The notes beneath the pieces were generated by a model. That model ran no database searches. It was not told the DNA's origin and saw only the letters and a list, made by a program, of their open reading frames with translations. Source: Bacteroidia bacterium (GTDB lineage Bacteria > Bacteroidota > Bacteroidia > J057). From it: 64,000 nucleotides of DNA. The stretch is from assembly GCA_033762375.1 (NCBI GenBank), contig JANRLQ010000055.1, forward strand, positions 1-64,000, read 5' to 3'. Shown piece after piece: positions 47,460 through 57,830 of this stretch (positions within the stretch are counted from its first letter, which is position 1; every line of letters starts with the position of its first letter). A program made the position numbers and the translations under genes.

Positions 47460-49165
47460 CAATAGGTAATCTCCTCCATGACACGGCACTCGGTGCCGCA
47501 GAAGACAAAGATCCAGGCCTTGAGGTTTGTGAGTGCCCGTGTATCATCGGAGTGGAGGTAACGCATCATCTGTGCGCGGGCCTCGTGTGTGATGTCGGCT
47601 AGCTGCGTTTCTTTTTCGCGGGACAGGTATTTGAGCTCGATGGCGAATAGGTAAGGCGGAGTATGCGGGGGCCTGCGGAGGAGGAGTATGTCCACATACC
47701 CCTGGCTGGCCTCGTATTCACTTTTGATCAGATAAATACGTGCAGCGTGCAGGAGTGCGATGAGGATGGCTTTGATATGTTTTTCGTCAAACTTGCGCCA
47801 GTCCCGGTTGGAGAGTTGCCGCAGGGTCTCGGATACCATCTCGACCAGCGGCGCGGGGTCGTTGTGCCATGCCAACTGATAGACCTGTTCCCTGATATTC
47901 ACTTCCTCTTTCGGATAGCCCGCTCGCTCTCGTATGACCTGCGAGAAGTAGTCATAATAGAGTTCCCGGATGACGGAGTTGGGGGGTTCAAAGAGGAAAT
48001 CTCCGTACCGGGTTCCCCCTATCGTGATCAGCCCCAGGTAATACAGGAGGCTGATGAAGTCATCCCGGCCAAACTCGCGCTCAAAATTGAACATACGGGT
48101 AAGCTGAGCCGAAATCTGCCCCTGGGTGATGAGCTCGTCGAGCATCTCCAGGTTTTGCTGCTCTTGTCCGCCGATCCGGAGGATCTGCCGGATTTTGCCG
48201 TAGTCAGAGGCGATGTTGGTATCGAGCATGATGTCCGGGTATCGCTTGTGCCTGCCATAGTCAGCGGCAAAATACAATACCATGTCAGGGTTGTACAGGC
48301 GGTGTGGGGCCTCCGGATGAAAAAGGTACCCATTGTACCATCCCTGCAGGTCCTCCATGATGGCAGGCAGCTCTGCTGGTCCAGCTCCCACCCCCGTGAT
48401 GATCTCCTCGACCTCGTGGCGGTGAAATCCCATCATGTCGTAATATCCGCGATCCAGGGAGAGGTTTTTACCAATATTAAACCCCGAGGTGAGGCTGTCG
48501 AGGGTGATGGGCGAGACCCCTGTGATGAAGGTCCGGTCTATCAAACCCTGGCCCACGCCTGTCTTGAGGGTTTCATAAAACTTGCGGACAAATCCATTGC
48601 GGCTGATCATGCCCTGGAAGTCCCCAAACCGGAAGGCCAGCAACTCATTCGCAAAATGATCATACTCGTCTATAAGGACACAGAGTTTGGTCTCAGTCCG
48701 GCTCACGGCCAGCAGCAGTTCCTTGAGCATCGCATCAGGACTAGGCTGGGACAGAATGACTTTTCGTTCTTCCTGCGTACATAGGTGGGAGTAGGTACCG
48801 AGGAAGTGTGCTATAGCTACCTGCACATTTTTGAGAAAGCCATCATAAGTTGATGCTGCTGTTGCGGTATCAATTCTGCTAAACTCCAGTTGGAGTACCA
48901 GGTAGGAGGATACTTTTGGTGTAGGATGTTGCCCTATATAATACGTACCAAACATCTGGGCAAAGACCTCCCGGTGCTCAAGGCCATAGTAATGCGCCAG
49001 GGTGCTGATAAAGAGGCTTTTGCCAAACCGTCGGGGCCGGAGGAAGATCAGGGTTTTCTCGCCGCTGAGTTCCATTTTTTCGATAAAAGCGGTCCTGTCC
49101 ACGAAGTGATACCCCTCGTTGACGATTGTCGGCAGATGACTGATCCCGTACGGAATTTTGATCAT
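47459..49165 (-). CDS. Predicted AAA-ATPase (PF09820-like) with a C-terminal PD-(D/E)xK nuclease-like domain (DUF1703-like)
   Basis: The N-terminal pattern (YHFVDRTAFIEKME...KTLIFLRPRRFGKSLFISTLAHYY) is typical of the Bacteroidetes-abundant AAA-ATPase family. The C-terminal region carries the segment GYVDILLLRR...LFAIELKY. Confidence 0.75.
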   Translation of the reverse strand: MIKIPYGISHLPTIVNEGYHFVDRTAFIEKMELSGEKTLIFLRPRRFGKSLFISTLAHYYGLEHREVFAQMFGTYYIGQHPTPKVSSYLVLQLEFSRIDTATAASTYDGFLKNVQVAIAHFLGTYSHLCTQEERKVILSQPSPDAMLKELLLAVSRTETKLCVLIDEYDHFANELLAFRFGDFQGMISRNGFVRKFYETLKTGVGQGLIDRTFITGVSPITLDSLTSGFNIGKNLSLDRGYYDMMGFHRHEVEEIITGVGAGPAELPAIMEDLQGWYNGYLFHPEAPHRLYNPDMVLYFAADYGRHKRYPDIMLDTNIASDYGKIRQILRIGGQEQQNLEMLDELITQGQISAQLTRMFNFEREFGRDDFISLLYYLGLITIGGTRYGDFLFEPPNSVIRELYYDYFSQVIRERAGYPKEEVNIREQVYQLAWHNDPAPLVEMVSETLRQLSNRDWRKFDEKHIKAILIALLHAARIYLIKSEYEASQGYVDILLLRRPPHTPPYLFAIELKYLSREKETQLADITHEARAQMMRYLHSDDTRALTNLKAWIFVFCGTECRVMEEITY

Positions 49166-49204
49166 GGCCTAAAGATAGTAAAAATCCCCGGAGGCCGGAC
49201 AGGC

Positions 49205-50404
49205 TCAGGCCTTACCCAAATGCGCCAGGGCCTGGTCCAGGTCAGCAATCAGCGTTTCCGGATCTTCCAGACCTGTGTATAGCCTGACAAGGTTCCACGG
49301 CAGTGTATTGTCTGCATAATGGGCAGAGGTGTACAGGACTGCCGCCGGATACACCAGCGACTCATACCCGCCCCAGGAGCAGGCCAGAATGAAGTACTTC
49401 AACTTGTCACAAAACCGGTCTATATCTTCCAGGCGATCTGCTTTCAGGAGGACAGAAAAAAGCCCCGTAGGCTGCTTCAGTTGTCGTAGTGCCAGGTCAT
49501 ACTGTGGGAAGGACGGAGAAAAAGGGTAAATCACTTTTTCTACGGAGGGATGTGCCTCTAAATAACGCACCACCTGCGGGGCCGTCTCAGCGACGCGGTT
49601 CATGCGTATGGGCAGGGTCCGGAGCCCGCGCAGCATCAGCCATGCGTCATGGGGGGAGAGAATCCCGCCCAGGGTCATATATTCAGATGCAAAAATCTGC
49701 TCCGCTTTGGCCCGGCTACAACAAAGTACCCCCGCCACGATGTCACTGTGGCCTCCCAGGTACTTACTGCCAGAGTGGGCTACCATATCTATGCCCAGTG
49801 CGATGGGTTGTTGATTGAGCGGTGTCGCATAACTATTGTCGATCAAGGTCTGAATCCCATGCGCCCGTGCAATGGCAGCGACGGCAGCCAAGTCCTGCAT
49901 CTCAAAGGTCATGGAGTTGGGCGACTCCAGGACAAACAGCCGGGTATTGGGGCGGATCGCCTGCCGGAAGTGCTCAGGGTCAGTCCCGTCTATCATGGTC
50001 GTTTCTATCCCAAAACGTGCCAGGAGTTGGTTGAGGAGTTTGTTCGTCCAGCTATAGGGTTTCTGCACACTCACCACATGATCACCTGCCCGGAGGGCAG
50101 ACATGACGCCGGCTGCGATAGCGGCACTTCCGCTCCCGAATACGAGGCACTCCTCTGCACCCTCCAGGGCAGCCAGTTTTTGCCGCAAGATAGCTACCGT
50201 GGGGTTGTGACCCCGGGTATAAAAGGGGATATCCATCTCCCTGGCCAGCGACTCGCGCATCACCGCGATGGAGGGAAAGGCAAAATTGCTGGACTGCAAC
50301 AGCGGTGGCGCTACCGCATACTGGTAGTGTTCGCGGTCTTCGCCCAGGTGGTTGAGGATATAGGAGACGTCCACGGGAAAAAGGAGGAAAGGGTCAGAAA
50401 TCAA
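49205..50404 (-). CDS. PLP-dependent trans-sulfuration enzyme (cystathionine gamma-synthase / beta-lyase / methionine gamma-lyase family)
   Basis: Cys/Met-metabolism PLP family motifs are present (YTRGHNPTVAILRQKLAALEG; PLP-lysine segment HSGSKYLGGHSDIVAGV). Confidence 0.8.
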   Translation of the reverse strand: MISDPFLLFPVDVSYILNHLGEDREHYQYAVAPPLLQSSNFAFPSIAVMRESLAREMDIPFYTRGHNPTVAILRQKLAALEGAEECLVFGSGSAAIAAGVMSALRAGDHVVSVQKPYSWTNKLLNQLLARFGIETTMIDGTDPEHFRQAIRPNTRLFVLESPNSMTFEMQDLAAVAAIARAHGIQTLIDNSYATPLNQQPIALGIDMVAHSGSKYLGGHSDIVAGVLCCSRAKAEQIFASEYMTLGGILSPHDAWLMLRGLRTLPIRMNRVAETAPQVVRYLEAHPSVEKVIYPFSPSFPQYDLALRQLKQPTGLFSVLLKADRLEDIDRFCDKLKYFILACSWGGYESLVYPAAVLYTSAHYADNTLPWNLVRLYTGLEDPETLIADLDQALAHLGKA

Positions 50405-50472
50405 TTATATAACAAACTGCCAGACGTATCCACCTGCCGGGCAGGCAGGCGGCAATTCCAGGAGACCTCTGC

Positions 50473-50853
50473 TCAGCCCATCCAGGCCGTCACAGAGATC
50501 TCGACCATGACATTTTTAGGGAGCCCGGCTACGGCTACGGTCTCGCGGGCTGGAAACGTACCCGTAAAATAGGTTCCGTACACTTCATTGACGGCCCCGA
50601 AGTCTTCCATATTGCGCAGAAAAATAGTCGTCTTGACCACCTGCTCAAAGGAAGCATCTGCCGCCGTGAGGATCGCAGCGATGTTTCGCATCACCTGCCG
50701 GGCTTCTGCGGCGACCCCGCCTGTTACGACTTCGCCTGTCTCGGGGTTTATCCCTACCTGACCCGATACGTACAGCAGGGAACCGACCTGTACAGCCTGG
50801 CTATAGGGCCCGATAGGCGCTGGGGCATGAGCTGTCTGAATAATATGTTTCAT
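50473..50853 (-). CDS. ridA: RidA family (YjgF/TdcF) reactive-intermediate deaminase
   Basis: The 126-aa protein matches the RidA pattern (APAPIGPYSQAVQVGSLLYVSGQ...TTIFLRNMEDFGAVNEVYGTYF...PARETVAVAGLPKNVMVEI). Confidence 0.85.
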   Translation of the reverse strand: MKHIIQTAHAPAPIGPYSQAVQVGSLLYVSGQVGINPETGEVVTGGVAAEARQVMRNIAAILTAADASFEQVVKTTIFLRNMEDFGAVNEVYGTYFTGTFPARETVAVAGLPKNVMVEISVTAWMG

Positions 50854-50933
50854 AAAACGGGGTTAAGCACTGATAAGCAGCGTACCGGGCAATTATACCC
50901 AAAAACCCACGCAGCTGCAAACAAATTGCGGCC

Positions 50934-51218
50934 TTAGTTCTCTTTGCGGGCTCTGCCGAGCAGCCACCGCAGGAGCTTTTTCTGTTTGTCGTAGAAGTAG
51001 TGAAATTTACCGAAGATAAAAGCATAGCCCAGCAGTAATACCTGATAGATCGGGGTGATCAGCAGGACATAGGCAGTCCAGTATTGCCAGGTGCCTTTGG
51101 CAAATCCCGTAATCGGCATAATCCAGCGCGGAAATATCGCTGCGGTAGTACCGGTCACGGCAAAAATGATGATGATCAGGACATAGTCCTTGGTACGGCT
51201 CCAGGTATCTGCCTTCAT
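50934..51218 (-). CDS. Small membrane protein, hypothetical
   Basis: Two hydrophobic helices. Short ORF with an uncertain start. Confidence 0.35.
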   Translation of the reverse strand: MKADTWSRTKDYVLIIIIFAVTGTTAAIFPRWIMPITGFAKGTWQYWTAYVLLITPIYQVLLLGYAFIFGKFHYFYDKQKKLLRWLLGRARKEN

Positions 51219-51312
51219 ATCGAGGTACTTACAACCCGGCCACAAGTTACGGAATAAGCTGGTAATTATATGGACACGGACTATCTATCCCGATACCAAC
51301 ATAAAAGGAAAA

Positions 51313-51882
51313 CTATTGTTTGACGGAGCTGCGGCTCCGGCGGATGGGGGCTGGAGGTACAGGTGCCGGTGTGGCATATAGCGTAAGACGGGGGCTTGTA
51401 TTCCAGTTATAGTTATCAAAATGCCCTTCATTGACCAGACTCGTGAGGGCCAGAAAAGATGCCGAAAAAAAATTACAGGTAAAAGAACCCGGATAGGCCA
51501 TGTAGTCATAAATATGGATCATGGCTGATATCCGGTTATAAAGCCGGCCAAAATTTTCAATCCGGCTTACAAATAACTCACCACTATTATCCACCAGTCC
51601 ACTCTCCCGAATCACAATCGTACCGTCCGCTGACCGCACTACGATTCCCAGGGCTACTTCACAGATACCATCCACCTCAAGGTCATATCCCTGGAAATAA
51701 GCATCGGCATAGATGATTACCTTGTCCTCAGCAGGGATATGAGCACCAGGATAAGCCGGAAACCAGTTGGCAGGATTTTCATAAAAATGATCCTCACGCG
51801 CCATAAAATAGTACTCCCGGGCCGTCAGGTTGCTGACACCTGTGATCCATAAGCATATGAAAATCAGTATTTTATTCATCAT
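51313..51882 (-). CDS. Secreted hypothetical protein (AT-rich)
   Basis: A signal peptide is present (MMNKILIFICLWITGVSNLTA). Tyr/Asn/Phe-rich. Local GC is lower than in neighbouring genes. Confidence 0.4.
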   Translation of the reverse strand: MMNKILIFICLWITGVSNLTAREYYFMAREDHFYENPANWFPAYPGAHIPAEDKVIIYADAYFQGYDLEVDGICEVALGIVVRSADGTIVIRESGLVDNSGELFVSRIENFGRLYNRISAMIHIYDYMAYPGSFTCNFFSASFLALTSLVNEGHFDNYNWNTSPRLTLYATPAPVPPAPIRRSRSSVKQ

Positions 51883-52189
51883 AGAACAATCAGGGCTGAA
51901 GAACTTACCTGATACACTTACCGTTATCACCTTCCAGACAACGCGCAAACCTAACAGGCGGGGGTATTGTCAAAAATCCAAGCAAATAAAAATTATGAAC
52001 ATGGATTTTTTATACCGGATTTCCCCCAAACCTTTCCGATACCTATATAAAATTACATTACAGCCTCTTATGCCTGCTGTGGGTTGTGCTGGTCTGGTCA
52101 AAAACACGTATCACCGGAGGGCTTGGATGCCTGACCGGAAGCCTTGCAGGATCAGTCAAGCATAACACAATAAGTGTGCCGTTTTTAAA

Positions 52190-52221
52190 CAAAAAAATCC
52201 CGGCTGTTGATACAGCCGGGA
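52190..52221 (-). terminator. Rho-independent terminator downstream of the FKBP gene
   Basis: On the minus strand the sequence reads cccggctgt-atcaa-cagccggg followed by tttttttgttt. Confidence 0.65.
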
Positions 52222-52244
52222 TAGACTATGGCGGCGGAGGGTGA

Positions 52245-52949
52245 TTATTTCACTTCCAGCAGCTCGACTACAAAGATCAGGGTGGCGTACGGCGGGATTA
52301 CCGGAGGTGCACCCCGCTCACCATATCCCAGGTCAAATGGGATATACAGTTCATACTTGGAGCCGGGTGACATCAGCTGTACCCCTTCTGTCCAGCCACG
52401 GATCACCTGGTTGAGTGGGAACTCAATCGGCTCGCCGCGCTTGTAGGAGCTGTCGAATACCGTATCATCAATCAGGCGGCCTTCGTAGTGTACCTTGACC
52501 GTGCTGGTAGCAGCGGGTTTGGCACCGGAGCCTTCCTTGATCACCTTGTATTGCAGGCCACTTGGCAGGGCTACAACGCCGGGCTTGGTTTTGTTGTCAT
52601 TGAGGAAGAGTTGACCTTCCGCTTTGGCTTTTTCTCCTTCCAGTTGCATTTTTTTCATTTGAGCTTCCTGGGCCTCCTGCTGAAAGGCCGTCAGAAGGGT
52701 TTCAATTTGGGATTCGTCCAGCAGGGATTCTGCGCCTCCCATTACGTCACGCAGGCCATGAAAGAAGGCTTCAGAACTCAGGGTCACATCTGCCGTCTTG
52801 AGATTCTGCGCGATATCCATGCCGAGGGCATAAGAGATGCTGTCCAGGCGGGTTTCCAGCTTTACCTTGGGCGCTTTGCTTTTTTTCTGGGCCAGCACCG
52901 ATTGGGGTAAGAGAACTGCCACACATAGGGCAGCAAGGAGGTATTTCAT
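52245..52949 (-). CDS. FKBP-type peptidyl-prolyl cis-trans isomerase (FkpA-like, periplasmic)
   Basis: A signal peptide and an N-terminal dimerisation helix region are present. The C-terminal FKBP domain matches ([15 protein letters not shown]...[39 protein letters not shown]...GYGERG). Confidence 0.85.
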   Translation of the reverse strand: MKYLLAALCVAVLLPQSVLAQKKSKAPKVKLETRLDSISYALGMDIAQNLKTADVTLSSEAFFHGLRDVMGGAESLLDESQIETLLTAFQQEAQEAQMKKMQLEGEKAKAEGQLFLNDNKTKPGVVALPSGLQYKVIKEGSGAKPAATSTVKVHYEGRLIDDTVFDSSYKRGEPIEFPLNQVIRGWTEGVQLMSPGSKYELYIPFDLGYGERGAPPVIPPYATLIFVVELLEVK

Positions 52950-53092
52950 ACAGTAGGGATTAACAGCGGGTGAAGTTCAGCCTTCTCCGGCAAATAACCA
53001 AATCGGCGGTTGATCTTTTTGTGAATCTCCCTAAACCAAAAGGAGGCTGCCTCTCAGCAGCCTCCGGACGGTATGAACCTCAACGTTATTAC

Positions 53093-54295
53093 TTATTTGA
53101 CCATGCGGAAGGTCACCGGGAGGGTAAAATAGACAGGTACCGGTTGTCCGCCCTGCTTGCCGGGTGTCCAGCCTGACATGCGGCTGATGATCCGGACGGC
53201 TTCCTCATCACATCCGTACCCGATGCCTTTAATCACCTGAGGCGCACTCACGCTGCCATTGGCATTGACCACAAACCGGACTGTCACGACACCCTGTATA
53301 CCTGCATCAAGTGCGGCGGGCGGATAGGCAGTATTGCGGGAGATATACCGGGCGATGCCTGCCATCCCACCGGGGTATTCTGGCATGACCTCCGCCGCAA
53401 TGAGGGGACCCGTGACGGGTGCGGGTGTGGTAGGCCGTACTTCCGGCTCTGCTTTGCGGGTGATAGACCCGGCGTTTACATTGGTAGCCTCAAGACGGGA
53501 GGCGCCTGACATCATCCCTCCTCCCATGCGGGCTACTGGTTCGGTTGACTGGGTAGTGGGCTGGCTTGCTGGCTGGGCCACCGTATTGTCAGTGATGACG
53601 ACATTGTCCGCAGATACAGGTGCTGCGCCAGGCTCTGTCACCCGTATGGCTCGGGCTGTCACAAACCGGTTGCCCGCCGGATCTGTGGAGATCAGGCGTA
53701 CCGTATAACGCCCCGCCTGCGGATAGGTATAAGCAGCGCGGTCCCGGATCGTGCGGCGATACCCGTTGCCAAAGTCCACCAGGTAGGTGCTCCCCGGATT
53801 GTAATTGCCAACTATAAAAGAAATCTCCTGGCCTGCCACCCGCTCATTGCTGATGTCCAGAAAATAGCCCGGATCCACTACGGTGGCGGCTGAGTCTCCA
53901 CCTGCGCTGACTTCGGTCACGGTCAGGCTATCTGTATCTGTTGTTTCATTGGTCAGAAAAGCAGGCTGCTCCAGATACTCCACCAGGCTCACCAGGCTGG
54001 CATAGTCTTCTACGGAGAAGATGGTATCATTGCCGATGTCAGGGTGTGACACCACGATACCTGCCGGATTTTCCTGGAACAAGGACTCCACCCGGCTGCG
54101 GTCCAGGCTGGCCAGCGCATAGGTACGGAGGGTTGCAGGACCACTCAGCATCCGAAACATGGCAAACCCCGCCACTCCAACAGAAAGCAGGCCAATTCCT
54201 ATAAATAGTTGGCGGCGCTTCTGTTGACGTTCACGGGCTTCGATACGCTCCAGATACGCATCAAACTTGTCTGTGGTAGCATTTACATCTTGCAT
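53093..54295 (-). CDS. TonB C-terminal domain protein with a TM anchor and a PKD-like domain
   Basis: An N-terminal TM is followed by a PKD-like segment (YLVDFGNGYRRTIRDRAAYTYPQAGRYTVRLISTDPAGN). A Pro-rich linker leads into a TonB_C pattern (PEYPGGMAGIARYISRNTAYPPAALDAGIQGVVTVRFVVNANGSV). Confidence 0.65.
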   Translation of the reverse strand: MQDVNATTDKFDAYLERIEARERQQKRRQLFIGIGLLSVGVAGFAMFRMLSGPATLRTYALASLDRSRVESLFQENPAGIVVSHPDIGNDTIFSVEDYASLVSLVEYLEQPAFLTNETTDTDSLTVTEVSAGGDSAATVVDPGYFLDISNERVAGQEISFIVGNYNPGSTYLVDFGNGYRRTIRDRAAYTYPQAGRYTVRLISTDPAGNRFVTARAIRVTEPGAAPVSADNVVITDNTVAQPASQPTTQSTEPVARMGGGMMSGASRLEATNVNAGSITRKAEPEVRPTTPAPVTGPLIAAEVMPEYPGGMAGIARYISRNTAYPPAALDAGIQGVVTVRFVVNANGSVSAPQVIKGIGYGCDEEAVRIISRMSGWTPGKQGGQPVPVYFTLPVTFRMVK

Positions 54296-54685
54296 AATGA
54301 AAAAAAATGAGGTTGGGTAGTAATGTTGGGCACGTTATAGCTCACCCAATAACTCTCCGGGCCCGCCGGATAAGCCGTGGGAAAACAATGGATAACTGTG
54401 AGCGAAAACGATTACGGAAGAGCAGTCTGATCTGAAATGCCTGTGATCGGCGTTCATTCAGGTATCATGATCAAAAACAGTACCGATTCTGGTAGCCCGG
54501 ATCAAAATCGTACGAACAGTAAAATATCAATTCCTAATGGAATATTTCATGTGCCTGTATGGCTTCAGCGCTGTCTGGATGGTACGGCTCCGGCATACCC
54601 CTGAAAAAAAACCTGCCAGCCGTGAGGCTGACAGGCAAGGTTGGTAAAGAACGGCAAGGTACCATTGCGGGTCCTTGCTGGGGCA

Positions 54686-55069
54686 TTAGGGTTCGCGCCG
54701 GATGATGCGGGTCAGGCGGTGGCTGCCTGTCTGTACCTGGAGACGATACACACCGGGTGCAGTCCAGCTCAGATCGGCCTCGACCATCAGCGGCATATAA
54801 GGCCAGGAGCGGCTGTAAACGATCCGCCCGCCCGGTTTGTGAACACTGATCTCTACCGGCTCATGGCTGGCTGGCACCAGCTGGAGCCGCAGCACACCTT
54901 GTTCCCACTGATACGTGAGGGAAGGTGGAGACACAGGCGGTAAAACGGCGGCAGCATTAACCTGGCCCTGAAGCAGGATCCATACCAGCATCCAGGTCAT
55001 CACCAGGCCGCCACCCATATACAGCCAGCCAGCACGAAAAAGTGTGTCAGAAAAAGCACTTCGTTTCAT
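54686..55069 (-). CDS. Small secreted hypothetical protein, possibly a stand-alone T9SS CTD-like beta-sandwich
   Basis: An N-terminal hydrophobic signal is present. The C-terminal segment (PGVYRLQVQTGSHRLTRIIRRE) resembles the ends of T9SS sorting domains. Confidence 0.35.
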   Translation of the reverse strand: MKRSAFSDTLFRAGWLYMGGGLVMTWMLVWILLQGQVNAAAVLPPVSPPSLTYQWEQGVLRLQLVPASHEPVEISVHKPGGRIVYSRSWPYMPLMVEADLSWTAPGVYRLQVQTGSHRLTRIIRREP

Positions 55070-55458
55070 GGATCTCCCGCTTTTTTTTCTAGACCGGGAG
55101 GCTGGCTGTGTATGACAACCAGGCTCCCCCCGTCAGAAAAATTACCTACAGATTAAAGTACAAGCACAATCATACCTGTGTCCGCCTGGGGCAGAAGACG
55201 GTACGGAAGCGGGGGAGGCTGGTCCGGACCGGTGACAGGTGTATCTCTGTTTGCCTGGACCAAAGTAAAGAAGAATATATGAAACAGGTAAGAAAGCAGT
55301 CGTGTGTCTGATGTAGTGATCTGCGCTAAAAAATAATAAAATGGGCTTAATTTGAAAAATTAGGCTTTGTATTGTAAGACTAGCGGGTTGTTATGTTAGA
55401 TACGTGATAAATAAATATGTAAGAAAAAAAGGAAGTTTAATACTGCCTTCGCAATATA

Positions 55459-56364
55459 TCACATATTAAACAGCCACCAGGCCAATGCGGCAACCCCTGC
55501 GGCGATCAGGAGCAGGGTCCTGACCGGAAAGGATTTCTGCTTGCGGCCCAGGGGGGTCTGGGACTCCCAGCCAGATGCAGGTGCAAGCCGTTGTGCTTGT
55601 GCCAGGCAACGCTCCCGGAGCGACTCCGGTATATCAAGGCGGGCGGCCTGCCGCAGGAGCAGGGCTGCCAGTTGGGCACGCTGGTGTGCTTCTTGTACTG
55701 CTTGTGCGACAGCATACAGTGCCTCGGCATATCCCTCCCGTGCGCGGGCGAAGTAAGGCGGGAGGACATTGAGCAGCGCCAGCCAGTTTTCATCCATCAG
55801 TTCCTGCAACTCAGGTCCGGGTGGGCGGGTACGCAGGGTATCCGCCAGGTCCAGCGCCTCGCGTATATGCATATGAAGGTGGCGGTAGGTATCCTGCCAG
55901 GCTGCCGCATGCCAGGCTTCCGGGATCATCAGCGGCTCCCGTGTCATCACCTGTATCTCGGCCGTATCAAGCTGCCGGAAGGCATGAAAAAAACGTTTGT
56001 TGAACTGATGGCTGTAATATGGCGCAATAAACACCCGGAAGTCTTCCGGCTGTGCCGCCAGTTGCAGGACATCACCGCTGTAGAACCACGCTAAGGCAGC
56101 GCTGTCCAGGAAGTCAAGCAGAGATGGCATCTGATACACCCGCAGATGATAAGCCAGGGTGTCTCCCTGTGCTAAGTCTGTAAACAGTTGCAGGATGGCC
56201 GTGCGGTCCAGCTCGTGACTGCCGATGACGATAGCAGACTCGCCGCTGAGCTCCAGCTCAGCCAGGAGGCGGCGTTTTTCCATCCGCAAAAAATCAGCAT
56301 CCAGTCCGGCCCGGAGGCGGTCATCATCCACTTCCAGGATCATCAGGGGATTGAGGTACTTCAT
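55459..56364 (-). CDS. Hypothetical protein with a C-terminal TM anchor
   Basis: A 301-aa ORF ending in a hydrophobic helix (LLLIAAGVAALAWWLF). No motif recognised. Confidence 0.45.
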   Translation of the reverse strand: MKYLNPLMILEVDDDRLRAGLDADFLRMEKRRLLAELELSGESAIVIGSHELDRTAILQLFTDLAQGDTLAYHLRVYQMPSLLDFLDSAALAWFYSGDVLQLAAQPEDFRVFIAPYYSHQFNKRFFHAFRQLDTAEIQVMTREPLMIPEAWHAAAWQDTYRHLHMHIREALDLADTLRTRPPGPELQELMDENWLALLNVLPPYFARAREGYAEALYAVAQAVQEAHQRAQLAALLLRQAARLDIPESLRERCLAQAQRLAPASGWESQTPLGRKQKSFPVRTLLLIAAGVAALAWWLFNM

Positions 56365-56397
56365 GCGGCATTATACGACATATCCGCGCGGGTGTTT

Positions 56398-57627
56398 TCA
56401 CCGGGTGCGCTGGCGGCGTCGCAGCTCACGGGAGAGCAGCTCCATCTCCCGGCTTGACTGGCCTGCGATGGAGGTGTTTTCATTGGCCCGGCGGATCAGA
56501 TAGGGCATTACGGCTTTTACAGGGCCGTATGGGAGGTATTTGGCGGCCTGATACCCATGATGAGCCAGGTTGAAGGAGATGTGGTCTGACATCCCCAGCA
56601 ACTGCGCAAACCATACATGCGGATGGTCAGGCGGGAGACCACGATCGGCCATGAGCTGGGTGAGGTACAGGCTGCTGGCTTCATTGTGGGTGCCTGCACA
56701 GATGGCCACATGATCTATATGCTCCACACAGAGGCGGAGGGCTGCATCATAGTCCCGGTCTGTGCTATCCTTGTCAGGCTGCATAGGGGTAGGGTAGCCG
56801 AGTTGGGCTGCCCGGTCGTTTTCACGCTCAAGATAGGCACCGCGGACGAGTTTCACCCCGAGGATATATCCCTGCTCCCGGCTGCGCCGGATCAGGTTTT
56901 CCAGGTAGGCCAGCCGGTCATGCCGGTAGAGTTGTACCGTGGTATAAACACAGGGAAACTGGGTATTGTACCGGGCCATCACCTCCTCAGCCAGCATATC
57001 TATCGTATCCTGAATCCAGGACTCTTCTGCATCTATAAATAAAGGTGTACGCTGAGCCGCAGCGGTACTGGCCAGCCGGTCCAGCCGGGCACGGACCCGG
57101 TCGAGGGATACCTGCTCGTCAGGTGAGAGGGCTTCACCGCGCTGCATTTTTTCCATCAGGTCAAAGGAGGCCAACCCTGTGAGTTTACACGCGCTGAAGG
57201 CTACCTCATCCATCTGCCCGCCGTGCAGCAGGGTGGCTTCTATCTCCTGGCAGGTCGCATCAAATCCAGCTTCGTTTTTTTCGCCCTCTACCGAGTAGTC
57301 GAGGATGGTTTTCACCCCGTAGGCATGGAGATAACGGGAGGTGGCAGCCGTCTCCGGCAGGGACTCTCCCCCACAGAACACCTCAAACAAGGTATCACGC
57401 ACCAGCCCCTGGACGGGCAGTCCCATCCGCAAGGCGGCAGATAACATCGGCGGGCCGACCTTGGTCAAAAAAGGATTGTCTATCAGCTTGTATATCCAGT
57501 AGGTGCGCAGGAGCCGGGCCTGGGATTTTGCTTTGAAGGCCAGCTCAGTATTGTTAAAGTCGGGTGAAACGGTTGCTACGGGCATAATCGGAGAAAAAGT
57601 AAAAGTTCTTACGAAAAAAACAGCCAC
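56398..57627 (-). CDS. Proline dehydrogenase
   Basis: A proline dehydrogenase TIM-barrel pattern is seen (ILDYSVEGE...LFIDAEESWIQDTIDMLAEE...GVKLVRGAYLERE...ICAGTHNE). An alternative start is at the internal Met (~57585). Confidence 0.85.
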   Translation of the reverse strand: MAVFFVRTFTFSPIMPVATVSPDFNNTELAFKAKSQARLLRTYWIYKLIDNPFLTKVGPPMLSAALRMGLPVQGLVRDTLFEVFCGGESLPETAATSRYLHAYGVKTILDYSVEGEKNEAGFDATCQEIEATLLHGGQMDEVAFSACKLTGLASFDLMEKMQRGEALSPDEQVSLDRVRARLDRLASTAAAQRTPLFIDAEESWIQDTIDMLAEEVMARYNTQFPCVYTTVQLYRHDRLAYLENLIRRSREQGYILGVKLVRGAYLERENDRAAQLGYPTPMQPDKDSTDRDYDAALRLCVEHIDHVAICAGTHNEASSLYLTQLMADRGLPPDHPHVWFAQLLGMSDHISFNLAHHGYQAAKYLPYGPVKAVMPYLIRRANENTSIAGQSSREMELLSRELRRRQRTR

Positions 57628-57830
57628 AGGCGCGGCAGAATATACAAGGACAAGCCGGTGCGGGTCAGGAAGGCAGCACGTGGCGTAAGACGAACTGCAG
57701 GCAGAAAATAAACCTTGTCTGTCAACCAGTTACCAGTGCAGGCGTGAACAGTTAATATCGGCTGCCAGGCTGGTACCTGATGGGTGAGACAGGGGGTATA
57801 TGATATAACTTGTATCAGAGAGGGTTGTTT

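Noticed and set aside
50405-50472. A possible SAM or other riboswitch upstream of the trans-sulfuration gene
   Set aside because: The leader is only ~70 nt and abuts the ridA gene. That is too short for known S-box or SAM-II architectures, and no conserved cores were seen.
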